DNA from: Eledone cirrhosa
Lineage: Eukaryota
Direction of reading: 5' to 3'
NCBI GenBank assembly: GCA_964016885.1
Contig: OZ024746.1
Span: forward strand, 95,852,001-95,916,000
Length of the DNA stretch: 64,000 bases
Shown one piece after another: positions 54,963 through 64,000 of this stretch (its first letter is position 1; every line of letters begins with the position of its first letter). Both the position numbers and the translations under genes were made by a program. Under the pieces are notes generated by a model, which saw only the letters and a program-made list of their open reading frames with translations, was not told the DNA's origin and did not search any database.

Positions 54963-56261
54963 TATATAATTATAAATACATATAAAATGAATTTGACTGG
55001 TGATTCTCCGTACTAGAAAGGAGAGCACAACCAGTAGCAATGGCAGTACAAGCACTGCAATAGATACATTCTTTTTAGTCTTCAGTGGCTAGGACGATCT
55101 CACTAATGTTAGTGGCATGATGGAATACACCCAGTACCTCCCTCCCCAGTAAATCTGTGGATGAACTAACTAAAACAACATAGGGTTGAGAGAGAATGGG
55201 GTTTTGACCCTGTTAGGGACTTGACAACCTCTCAAGTGTTGGTGCCATCATAAAATGCACCCAATACACTCTGTGAAGTGGTTGGCATTAGAAAGGACAT
55301 CCAGCCATAGAAAACTTACTAGACAAAGAGTTGGGGGAACTCATCAATTATTTCAAAGACATGACAGCCTCCTAAGTTCCAGTGCCAAGTCTAAAATGCA
55401 CTCAGTGCATGTGTAGGGTGTGGGAACATATGTAAGTGAGATTCCAGCCAGCCAGCCCCTCTGGTCTGCTTGAGAGATATGTAGCTCTAACTAAGAACTG
55501 ACTTGGTATGTGACAACACAGTTTGCTACAGGGAAAAATGGACATTAAATGATGATGATGATGATGATGGCAACAACTAGATTTCGAGTAATGCCCTCAT
55601 TTAATATTTAAGCATAAGCATCACGGACGTGGCTTTTTAGTCCTGCTAGGGACCTGCCTATGGCCATCCATGCTATGCATCGCAAAGAAATGTCACATAT
55701 TAAGCAACAAAAGGCTTTGCACGAGGCTAAACCCACTCTCTGAATATCAAATGCATTTGCCCAAAAAGAAGAACTGGTCTACATCATTCTCTCTTCTAGA
55801 GAGATGTTTTAATGAAGACTAGGAGTCTCTTGCTCCACCAAAAAAAAGCTTTATTGGATGGCCGTTGACTCTCCTGAGTTCCTCTGCCCTTTGACGGGTC
55901 TTGTTTTTCATCCCACAGGGTGTCCAAAGTCACCCTCCTCACCAAGCAAGCTTGGTGGGGTTGCCGGTTTAGTCACCGATAACCCGACCATGCACAGGTT
56001 GTACTGGGTTACATGTTACCAGTAGCGCTGAAGAGTGACCTGACATATACATACATATATACATACATACATACATTCATATATACATACATGCATACAT
56101 ATATGTGAGATTATATGTGTGTGATGATGATGATATACATTCATACATGCATACATGCATACATACAAACATACATACTTTCATATATACATGCATACAT
56201 TTATGTGTGTGATGATGATGATGATGATGATGATATATACTTTGTCTACTTTCCATTGCAG

Positions 56262-56377
56262 ACAAAACATTTTCATCTTTTGTTGGTGATGTCCTAAATG
56301 GGGATGATGAGTTATCCCCCCCTTTACACCTCCCTACCACTGTGGCTTTTGGTAAGGATTCTTATGATATTCTATAT
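56262..56377 (+). CDS. Exon: N-terminal part of NIDO-region (DKTFSSFVGDVLNGDDELSPPLHLPTTVAFGKDSYDILY)
   Basis: Acceptor tttccattgcag|AC and donor TAT|GTAAGT, phase 1 in and phase 0 out. The GDD..S..L.L....FG..Y..LY motif typically precedes (V/I)STNG in NIDO-containing proteins. Not in the ORF track; translated by hand. Confidence 0.85.
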
Positions 56378-56562
56378 GTAAGTATTTAGTCTTTTAGTCT
56401 TTATTCTTTTATTCTTTGTTATGGCCTGGAGTACGACATAATAGGCAAGAATAGGGTAAGGACTGAACTCTCACAGGCCCATACCTACATACTAATTGCT
56501 GAACTAATTGCTAACTCTCTTCTTTCTGACAAAAGGTCTATACATGGCTGCCATGGCTCTCA

Positions 56563-57191
56563 CAGAGTTGGATTTGGACCTTAGGGGGCCCCAGGGCACT
56601 TCAAAATTGGGCGGTCCCTCATACACAAAAAATTAGAATACACAGCAAACTCCCCAATTTTATTAAGTATGGTTGATGACATCTTCTTTTAAGTTAAAAT
56701 TTAACTTGAACTACTAATTTAACTTTGTTTAATTTGACCATAAGAAAAGATATAAAAGTTGTAGTCCCTATTTACTCTTCTCTTGAATATTTTAGACTCC
56801 ATGTCGTCTCCAGGAAAGAAGTAACTAGAATCAATTCTCATATAATTTTCCACTGTATGCAGGGTTGGATTTAGACCTTGGGGAGCCCAGGGCACTTCAG
56901 GTTTTGTGTGTGTGGGTGGGGCTGATACACAAAAAATTAGACCCCCCCCCCCCCCCCCAAAAAAAAAAAATTTACATATCAAAGTTAGTTTGTTACAAGT
57001 AATTGTAATTCAAAAGTTATACATACAGGTATTAAATAAAAAAATTCTAACTATCCTAAAACTAAAAAAAGCCCTGCTGAGGGCATAAATAAATTGCTAT
57101 GGCCATCGCTGATGCCCCCCCTCCCCACCCACACACACTGAAGTGGACCCTGGGCAATTGCCCCATTTGCCCTCCATTATATCCTGCCCTG
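56563..57191. mobile_element. Probable hAT-type MITE(s) with duplicated 5' end
   Basis: cagagttggatttggacc (56563) and cagggttggatttagacc (56860) starts; end ...ttatatcctgccctg (57191). No clear TSD. Confidence 0.5.
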
Positions 57192-57504
57192 CATCTACAC
57201 CTAGTTTTCTTAGTAACCACCATACTACAGAGTATAAGTCAATGTCAAAAGTATTCTCTCGGTCAATAAATACTAGGTTTTGGAGTTTGTTCTTAGCTAA
57301 TTCTACAGTTGTCTCATGAGGAAAATGACATTGGTTCTACCCTGACCTCACATAAACCCAAATTATCTTTCCTCTAAGCTAATTATCCTCCTAATTAGTA
57401 AGGTGAGAACTTGTGTTCGGGCCGCAGACGTTCTCCAGTTTAGCACAAGAAGTACTATAACATCCATTGTTGTCTTATCAAGTGAGTGTGTGCTTTTATG
57501 TTCT

Positions 57505-57795
57505 CTCTCTTTCACACTCACTGCCCCCTCTGTCTCTCTCACTCTCCCCATCTCTCTCTTTCACTCACTGCCCCCTCTGCCTCTCTCACTCTCCCCATCT
57601 CTCTCTTTCACACTTACTGCCTCTGTCTCTCCCACTCTCCCCATCTCTCTCTTTCACTCACTCTCTCCATCTCTCTCACTCTCCCCATCTCTCTCTTTCA
57701 CTCACTGCCTCTGTCTCTCTCACTCTCCTCATCTCTCTCTTTCACTCACTGCCTCTGACTCTCTCACTCTCCCCATCTCTCTCTTTCACTCACTC
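57505..57795. repeat. Pyrimidine-rich ~44-46-bp minisatellite
   Basis: Repeated ctctctctttcactcactgcctctgtctctctcactctccccat, about 6-7 copies. Confidence 0.9.
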
Positions 57796-57869
57796 AGGAA
57801 CCCACTTGCTGGCTGCCCCACAGCACTAGCAATCAAAATAGAGAAGTTGTGCTTTAAATCTTTGTATGA

Positions 57870-58356
57870 AGGTGCATGGCTGAGTGGTTAGAGCTTGAGC
57901 TTGCAATCGTGAGTTTGTAAGCTTGATTCTCGGACAAGATGATGTGTTGTGTTCTTGAGCAAGACACTTTATTTCACATTGTCCCAGTTTACTCAGTTGT
58001 AGATTTGAGTCGTGATGTCCCTTGGACAACATCATACATAGTGTACATATAATACACATAGTGTATATATAATATATGTAGTGTATATATAATGTATATA
58101 GTGTATATATAGTGCAAACATAATGTATATAGGGTTTATATATAGTGTATATATAATGTATATATCAGTGGTGCCAAGCAGTATTGGCCATTGTTTTTCT
58201 TTTAGACAACATCGGTGGTGTGGAGAGGAGAGACTGGTATGCATGGGTGACTGCTGGTCTTCCACAAAAAAACTTTGCCCAGACTTGTACCTCAGAAAAG
58301 AACTTTCTAGATGCAAATCCCATGGTCAATCATGGCCGAATGAGGTCTTTACCTTT
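57870..58356 (+). mobile_element. tRNA-derived CORE-like SINE interrupted by an AT-rich microsatellite
   Basis: A-box-like tggctgagtggttag and CORE-like tgtgttcttgagcaagacacttt. A second degenerate copy lies at ~60043-60180. Confidence 0.65.
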
Positions 58357-58697
58357 TAATCTAACTCTTTATATTAGTTTCATAAATTAGTCCATCATTT
58401 TGATGCGTCTATAGTTGTTTCTTTGTACATCTCCTTTGCCTTTGTTGCAGTTGAGGAATGACACTATTACTTCAGTCATTGGGTATGACAGCTCCCTGTA
58501 TTACCTGATTGATTATGTGAGTGACTAGTATGTGTCATAGTTAACTGGTGTTTTAACTGGTATTTTTAGCATCTCAGCAATTATTCCTAATACTCCAGCT
58601 ACATGTATATCCTCAAAAACCCTTTCAACTCTGTAACTGTCAACTTCAGTAGCTCATCCATAATTTTCTGTTCATATTTATAATTTGTTAAATTTAA

Positions 58698-58901
58698 CCC
58701 TTTAGCATTTATATTACTCTATATATACTATTATATTTTTGTGATAAAGGCTCTATCTTACATAATTATCTCACATAATATCGAATCTATGAGATTTTGA
58801 TGTTATTTATTTTCAGAACAATACCTTAACATCAGTATGAGTTTGAACAGAAAGAGGTGAGAGAATTCTGGCCGGATATGGCCAGTTTAAATGCTAAAGG
58901 G
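58698..58901 (+). mobile_element. piggyBac-type MITE, copy 1
   Basis: TTAA|CCCTTTAGCATTTA ... TAAATGCTAAAGGG|TTAA: perfect 14-bp TIR and TTAA TSD. Confidence 0.9.
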
Positions 58902-58936
58902 TTAAATAACACATACAATATTTTTGTGTATTACAG

Positions 58937-59224
58937 ATTTCTACAAATGGTTACATAACATTTGGGAAGAAACAGAATTTTCCTTCACCTCAAAGATTTC
59001 CTGACCCTCCAAATGCTGCTATTATAGCCCCATTTTGGAGTGATTTGGTTGTGGATGAACCTGGCCGAGTAACATATAAATTCTTTGAAATAGGCAGCAA
59101 AAACTTCCATGCAGCAACGAAACTGATCAAGTCTCGTGATGAGAAGAGTTTATTTAAAAAATGGGTACTTATCATAACCTGGGAAAATGTCCAGCCGTCA
59201 AGTAGGCTAAAGAATATCACAGAG
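58937..59224 (+). CDS. Exon: NIDO domain (ISTNGYITFG...IIAPFWSDL...WVLIITWENV...)
   Basis: Acceptor gtattacag|ATT and donor GAG|GTAAGG; 288 nt, phase 0-0. Contains hallmark STNG, IAPFWxD and ITWENV motifs. Confidence 0.92.
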
Positions 59225-59311
59225 GTAAGGTTATATTTGCATCTTATTTACATTTTATTTACATCTTATTTACACCTTATTTGCATCTTATTTACATTTG
59301 CATCTTATTTA

Positions 59312-59478
59312 CCGTATTTCCCGGCATCGAAGATGCTACTTTTTTCCTAAAATAAGTCTCAAAAATCTACCATGCGTCCTGGAGGCTGAAGATTGTTTAT
59401 CATTTTTTCCAATTTTTTGGTTGTCAAAATTAGGGTGCATCCTCGAGGACAAAGCGTCTTCAGCGCCAGGAAATACGG
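59312..59478. mobile_element. Tc1/mariner-superfamily (Tc2/pogo-like) MITE
   Basis: TA|CCGTATTTCCCGGC ... GCCAGGAAATACGG|TA. It interrupts an atttgcatctt tandem repeat that continues on both sides. Confidence 0.82.
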
Positions 59479-60406
59479 TACATTTGCATCTTATTTGTAT
59501 CTTATTTGCATTTGCCTTTACATCTTATTTGCATTTGTTTGTTTGTTTGGTTGGTTGGTTGTTGTTGTTGTTGCTGCTATCATTGTTGTTGTTCTAGCTA
59601 TATCATTGTTAGTTTTGTTACTGTTGTTGTTGTTGCTGTTGTAGTTGGTGTAGTTGTTTTAGTGTTTGTTATAGTAGTTGTAGCTATATCATTGTTAGTT
59701 TTGTTGCTGTTGTTGTTTGTTTGTTTATTTGGTTGATTGATTGTTGTTGTTGCTGTTATTATTTTTGTTGTTTAAAATAAAGAAAGCATTATTGTTGTTG
59801 TTTAGCCCTAGGTCATCCTTGAACAAACACACTTATAATCGAAAGCATTTCAGTCATGAAATAGGCATAGTGTATCAAGAACAACAATATCCTATATGTT
59901 CTTCCTATTTTAAAGATGGTAGGGTATGTTTTGATCCTTGGTTCACTGTAGGAGTTATCTTATCACCAAAGGAGACAGCTGACAGCTTCATTTAGGTTTC
60001 ACATAATTTCATGATACATTTATTCACATTATGTGAAGTTTCATGGCTTAGTGGTTAGGGTGTTGTGCTCACAATCTTATGGTCATAGCTTGTTTCTAGA
60101 CTGGTGAGCAGGCTGTACCTTGAGCAAAATTTATTTTACATTGTTCCTGTCCATTCAGCTGAAAGCAAATGAGTACCAGCAGCATCCAAGATATACTCTC
60201 AGTAGTTTAATCTTCAGCGCGCTGCCAGTGACACGGGGGTGCCATAAGAGTAATCTCCCCTTAATAGATAATGCAGTGTCAGGGGAAACAACTCATAAAA
60301 ATTACTAGCGTGTTAAGGATTAAATAACACTGAACCCAGGATAAGCACTGACATGATGAACATTTGATTTTGAAACAGGCTATAACTTTTTATGCACATT
60401 AGATAA

Positions 60407-60608
60407 CCCTTTAGCATTTACATTATTCTATAATTACTATTATATTTTCATATTTTTATCTCACATAATATCAGATCTACAAGATTTTGGTGTTATTTAA
60501 TTTGAAAACAATGCCTTGATGTAGGTATGAGGGGCCAGTTACACCCGGTTTGATCAGAAATAGGTGAGAGAATTCTGGCCAGATACGGCTAGTTTAAATG
60601 CTAAATGG
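60407..60608 (+). mobile_element. piggyBac-type MITE, copy 2
   Basis: ATAA|CCCTTTAGCATTTA ... TAAATGCTAAATGG|TTAA; internal sequence homologous to copy 1. Confidence 0.88.
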
Positions 60609-60636
60609 TTAAATACCTAACCTTTTTTTTTTTCAG

Positions 60637-60850
60637 ATGGCCACCTTCCAGATGGCACTTGTCCCTACTAAGACAGAAAAAAGAACATTTTTCATCTTCA
60701 GTTATCTCCCTGGAATGCAATCTTGGACAAAAACACTGGAACATACCGAAGTATCCATTGGGTTCTCTGATGGAAACCACAACTATAAACAGAACAAGAA
60801 CTCTTTCTCGCCGTCTGCTCTGGAGTTATACCATATGAAGGGTAATACAG
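60637..60850 (+). CDS. Exon: NIDO domain C-terminal half (MATFQMALV...FIFSY...W...IGFSDG...KGNTG)
   Basis: Acceptor (t)n-cag|ATG with CTAAC branch-like site and donor ACAG|GTATGA; phase 0-1. TFQxxL, GFSDG and GNTG-xPGxW motifs match NIDO. Confidence 0.9.
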
Positions 60851-61084
60851 GTATGAAATAATGAGTAAAGAATTGTATTGTGCCAACTTCATTTAATCAT
60901 CTCCATTCCTCTAACTTTGACTGTTGTAGGTAGGTGGGTGGCTACAGGGAATAACATGTTTGTATGTGGGAAAGCATTGGAGGTGGGTGAAGAACCCTGC
61001 TTCCTTGTTTGTATATGGGAAGGCATTAAGTCTGGGGAGGTGTATCCTGCTTCCTTGTTTGTATATGGGAAGGCATTATCTAAT

Positions 61085-61270
61085 GGTGGATTGGCAATAT
61101 CGGTAAAGGGTCGGACGCCATGCTTTGACGCATAGAGTTATGGCTCTTGCCATTCTGAGTTCAAATCCAGTTGAGGTTAACTTTGCCTTTCACCCTTACG
61201 GGGTCGATAAAATAAAGTACCAGTAATACACTGGATAATTGCTGGCCTTGTGCAAAAAATAGAAACAATT
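61085..61270 (+). mobile_element. tRNA-derived SINE (further copies ~61288-61427 +, ~62767-62977 -, ~63010-63222 +, ~63445-63580 +)
   Basis: ggtggattggca (A-box-like) ... gagttcaaatcc (B-box-like) ... aactttgcctttca.cctt.cggggtcgataaa ... gctggccttgtg. Confidence 0.8.
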
Positions 61271-61716
61271 ATCTAATGTGTCCTCATGGTAGTGGATTGG
61301 CAGTATCAGTAGACTGTTGTACTAAATACTATGCAGTATTTAGTTAAACATTTCTACATTCTGAGTTCAAATCCCACTGAAATCAACATTGTCTTGCATC
61401 CTTCTGGGGTTCATAAAATAAAGTAACAAACACTCAAACAAACACTCAAACATGCACACAAACATGTGCACACACACACACACACACACACGCACACACA
61501 CACACACACATACACACACAGTCATCATGTCTAGACACACACATGCACAAACACAAAGGCACACACACACACACTATACATCCATCAGAGTTATTTCTAA
61601 TCTAGTTTCTCTAGTCCAAATCCATTTTTTCATGCCGCCATTTTATTTTCAGTTCTACAACATTTACTGTTTTCTTTTTCTTTTTTTAAACTTTCACACA
61701 CACAAAATAAAATTAA

Positions 61717-61925
61717 CCCTTTAACATTTACTTTACTCTATATTTACTATTGTATTTTCACAGTAAAGGCTTTACCTCACATAATTATCTCACATAATAT
61801 CAAAGCTACGACATTTTGATATTATTTATTTTGAGAACAATACCTTAACATCAGTATGAGCAGCTGGAGAACAGAAAGAGGTGAGAGAATTCTGGCTGGA
61901 CACAGCCAGTTTAAATTCTAAAGGG
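61717..61925 (+). mobile_element. piggyBac-type MITE, copy 3
   Basis: TTAA|CCCTTTAACATTTA ... TAAATTCTAAAGGG|TTAA; internal sequence homologous to copies 1 and 2. Confidence 0.88.
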
Positions 61926-61951
61926 TTAATTGAAATATTTTTTTACTTCAG

Positions 61952-62377
61952 GCAAACCAGGTGTTTGGGTTGAAACAATTGAAAACGACTTAGACATGCG
62001 AAGGCAACAATGCTTAAACTATGCATATTCTTCCGACTACTGGACCAACGCTCTATCCCATACCTGTCCATGTATACAGACACAAGCAAAAGCAGATTTT
62101 CGATTTAAATTTGTTTCCAGAGAAAATGGTACTTTAAAATTTGAAAGTATTTTTTCCCAGAATGGTCTGAAAGAACAATGTGTTTATGGCAATAGTTCAT
62201 TTGGTGAAACATTGATCATAGGCAGTCCTTTAGGAGGTTCAATCAGTGTTGATAATACAGATACTCTCGATAAACGGATGAAGAAGTTTTGCTGTGAAGG
62301 AATTCCATCTTACTGTAATCAGTACTACAGTCGGAGACCATCATCAAGTTGCAAGAATTATCTTCCTCCGAAACTAG
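61952..62377 (+). CDS. Exon: end of NIDO plus AMOP domain (GKPGVW...QCLNY...CPCIQTQAKADFRF...QCVY...FCC...YCNQYYSRRPSSSCKNYLPP)
   Basis: Acceptor ttttacttcag|GC and donor CTAG|GTAAGT; 426 nt, phase 1-1. CPC...QA..D.RF, QCxY and CC...C..Y..RRP...C..Y.PP are AMOP hallmarks as in MUC4/SUSD2/Mesh. Confidence 0.92.
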
Positions 62378-62766
62378 GTAAGTCTTAAAACCAGAATCAT
62401 AACTAGGAAAAATAGCGCCTATGACAAGCAGTGAAACTGGGCCCCTGCCCAGCACTGTATTTTTACCTTAGGCCTAATAATTTATATAAATGGTTTAAAG
62501 ATCCAGCCACCATAGTGTTGTCAACCATGATAGAGACAGATCATACATCTGAAGGAGTTTCTTTTTACACTCTCTTATTTGACTTTAATAGAACGTGCCC
62601 CTAGTCCAAGTGGCGCCCCCTTCGTGTGACGCTCATGGCACGTGCCATGCTTGCCATACCCTAGTTAGGCCTCTGCTTAAAACAGTGTAAAGGTTTGAAA
62701 GGGAGTATTATGTATCTATAGGGAGAATAAAGTTTGGTTTTTAGGCTAAGTAAATCATGTTTAATA

Positions 62767-62977
62767 TTGGTTTCTGATTTAGGCACAAGACCAACAATTT
62801 TGGGGGAGGGGAAAGTCAATTAAATCAACCCCAGTGCATTACTGGTACTTTATTTTATTGACCCTGTAAGGATGAAAGGTAACCTCAGTAGGATTTGAAT
62901 TCAAATTTGAAAGGGGTGTAACTATATGCTATAAAGCACGTTGTCTGACACTCTACTGAAACTGCCAATCCACTGCT
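62767..62977 (-). mobile_element. tRNA-derived SINE, minus-strand copy
   Basis: Reverse complement begins gcagtggattggcagtttcagtagagtgtcagac... and contains cctttcatccttacagggtcaataaaataaagtaccagt. Confidence 0.78.
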
Positions 62978-63654
62978 CTAATCATATTTAATATTAATAA
63001 GAAATGAATGCTGGATTAGCAAAATTGGTAGAGCATCAGATGAAATGCCATTGTGATATTTGTTCTGACTCCTTATGTTCTGAGTTCAAACCCTGCCATG
63101 GTCAACTCTGCCTTTCAACCTCCTGGGTTTCATAAGGTAATGTTCCAGTCAAGTATTGGGGTTGATTTAATCAACTTTAACTTTAAAATTTGCTAGCTTT
63201 GTGCCTAATTTAGAAATTAATATTAGTGTGATATGGGTGGCAGGGAGAGCTGATAAATAGTAACAACCATGAAATGTATGCATCTTACCCAGTTGCTGAG
63301 GTAGCTGTGACATGATCACATCTCAAAATACAGCAAAACTGTGTGTTTACTATATTTAAACATATTGTATATAGGTCCATTTATGGCTTTATTCTGAATC
63401 ATGCTGTGTTAGTGCTGTGGTTAATCAATATTAGTAATATGAGGAAGAGCAGAATCAGTAGAGTATCAGACAAAATGTCTTGTGGCACTTAGTTACATAT
63501 CTTGATATGCTGAGTTCAGGTCTTGCCTGGGTCAGCTTTGCCTGTCATTATTCTTCCAGTGAAATATAATAAGCACCATCAATTATTTGAGGTCTTGGGT
63601 CTCCGATAGAAATCAATGCTAGAAGAGATTCAGGAAGCATTTAAAAAAATATAT

Positions 63655-63957
63655 ATAGCAGTGGAGACATCTGGTGTCCTTGGCCCTAGGACCACCTCCC
63701 TATTCACCACAATCGGCATCCCATAGCAGTGGTGACTTCTGGTGTCCTTGGCCCTAAGACCACCTCTCTACTCACCACCATCAGTACCCCATAGCAGTGG
63801 AGACTTCTGGTGTCCTTGGTCCTAGGACCACCTCTCAACTCACCACCATCAGCACCCCATATCAGTGGAGACTTCTGGTGTTCTTGGCCCTAGGACCACC
63901 TCCCCACTCACCACCTTCGGCACCCCGTAGCAGTGGAGACTTCTGGTGTCCTTGGCA
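63655..63957. repeat. GC-rich 68-bp minisatellite, ~4.4 copies
   Basis: (g/t)cagtgg(a/t)gac recurs at 63658, 63726, 63794, 63862 and 63930. Confidence 0.92.
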
Positions 63958-64000
63958 TGGAGTCGGCTACCCGCAGGTGTGAGTCTCACAAGCTGGAATG

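Noticed and set aside
56351-56357. Alternative donor G|GTAAGG inside the first NIDO exon
   Set aside because: It is not phase-compatible with the next exon and would drop the conserved Y..LY motif; 56378 fits.
57870-57945. tRNA gene
   Set aside because: Only degenerate A/B-box similarity, continuing into SINE body sequence; no cloverleaf.
49941-61724. Numerous 60-160-aa intronic ORFs in the track
   Set aside because: They derive from microsatellites, minisatellites and TE fragments. Only those overlapping the NIDO/AMOP exons are credible.
62378-64000. Next exon (VWD domain with GDPH motif)
   Set aside because: I found no such exon by eye in the remaining sequence; it probably lies beyond the window.

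Overview
AT-rich eukaryotic (metazoan) genomic DNA. The SINE and microsatellite content looks cephalopod/Octopus-like, which is an inference. The window holds the internal part of one enormous + strand gene. A single reading frame is stop-free from base 2 to a canonical GT donor at 49323, so the coding exon is at least 49.3 kb and its 5' end lies outside the window. It encodes a Thr/Ser/Ile/Asp-rich mucin-type stalk built from about 15 different tandem-repeat arrays. Four small exons follow (56262-56377, 58937-59224, 60637-60850, 61952-62377). They splice in phase and encode a NIDO domain and an AMOP domain, the MUC4/SUSD2/Mesh-type C-terminal cassette; a VWD domain is expected downstream. In-window coding capacity is about 16,790 aa. 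The introns contain four sense-strand type I hammerhead-ribozyme motifs of the Penelope-associated kind. They also contain three same-orientation piggyBac-type MITEs, each 26-35 nt upstream of the 3' splice site of three consecutive exons. Other intronic elements are a hAT-Charlie MITE, a Helitron, a Tc1/mariner-type MITE, an RTE LINE fragment, tRNA-derived SINEs, palindromes and mini/microsatellites.
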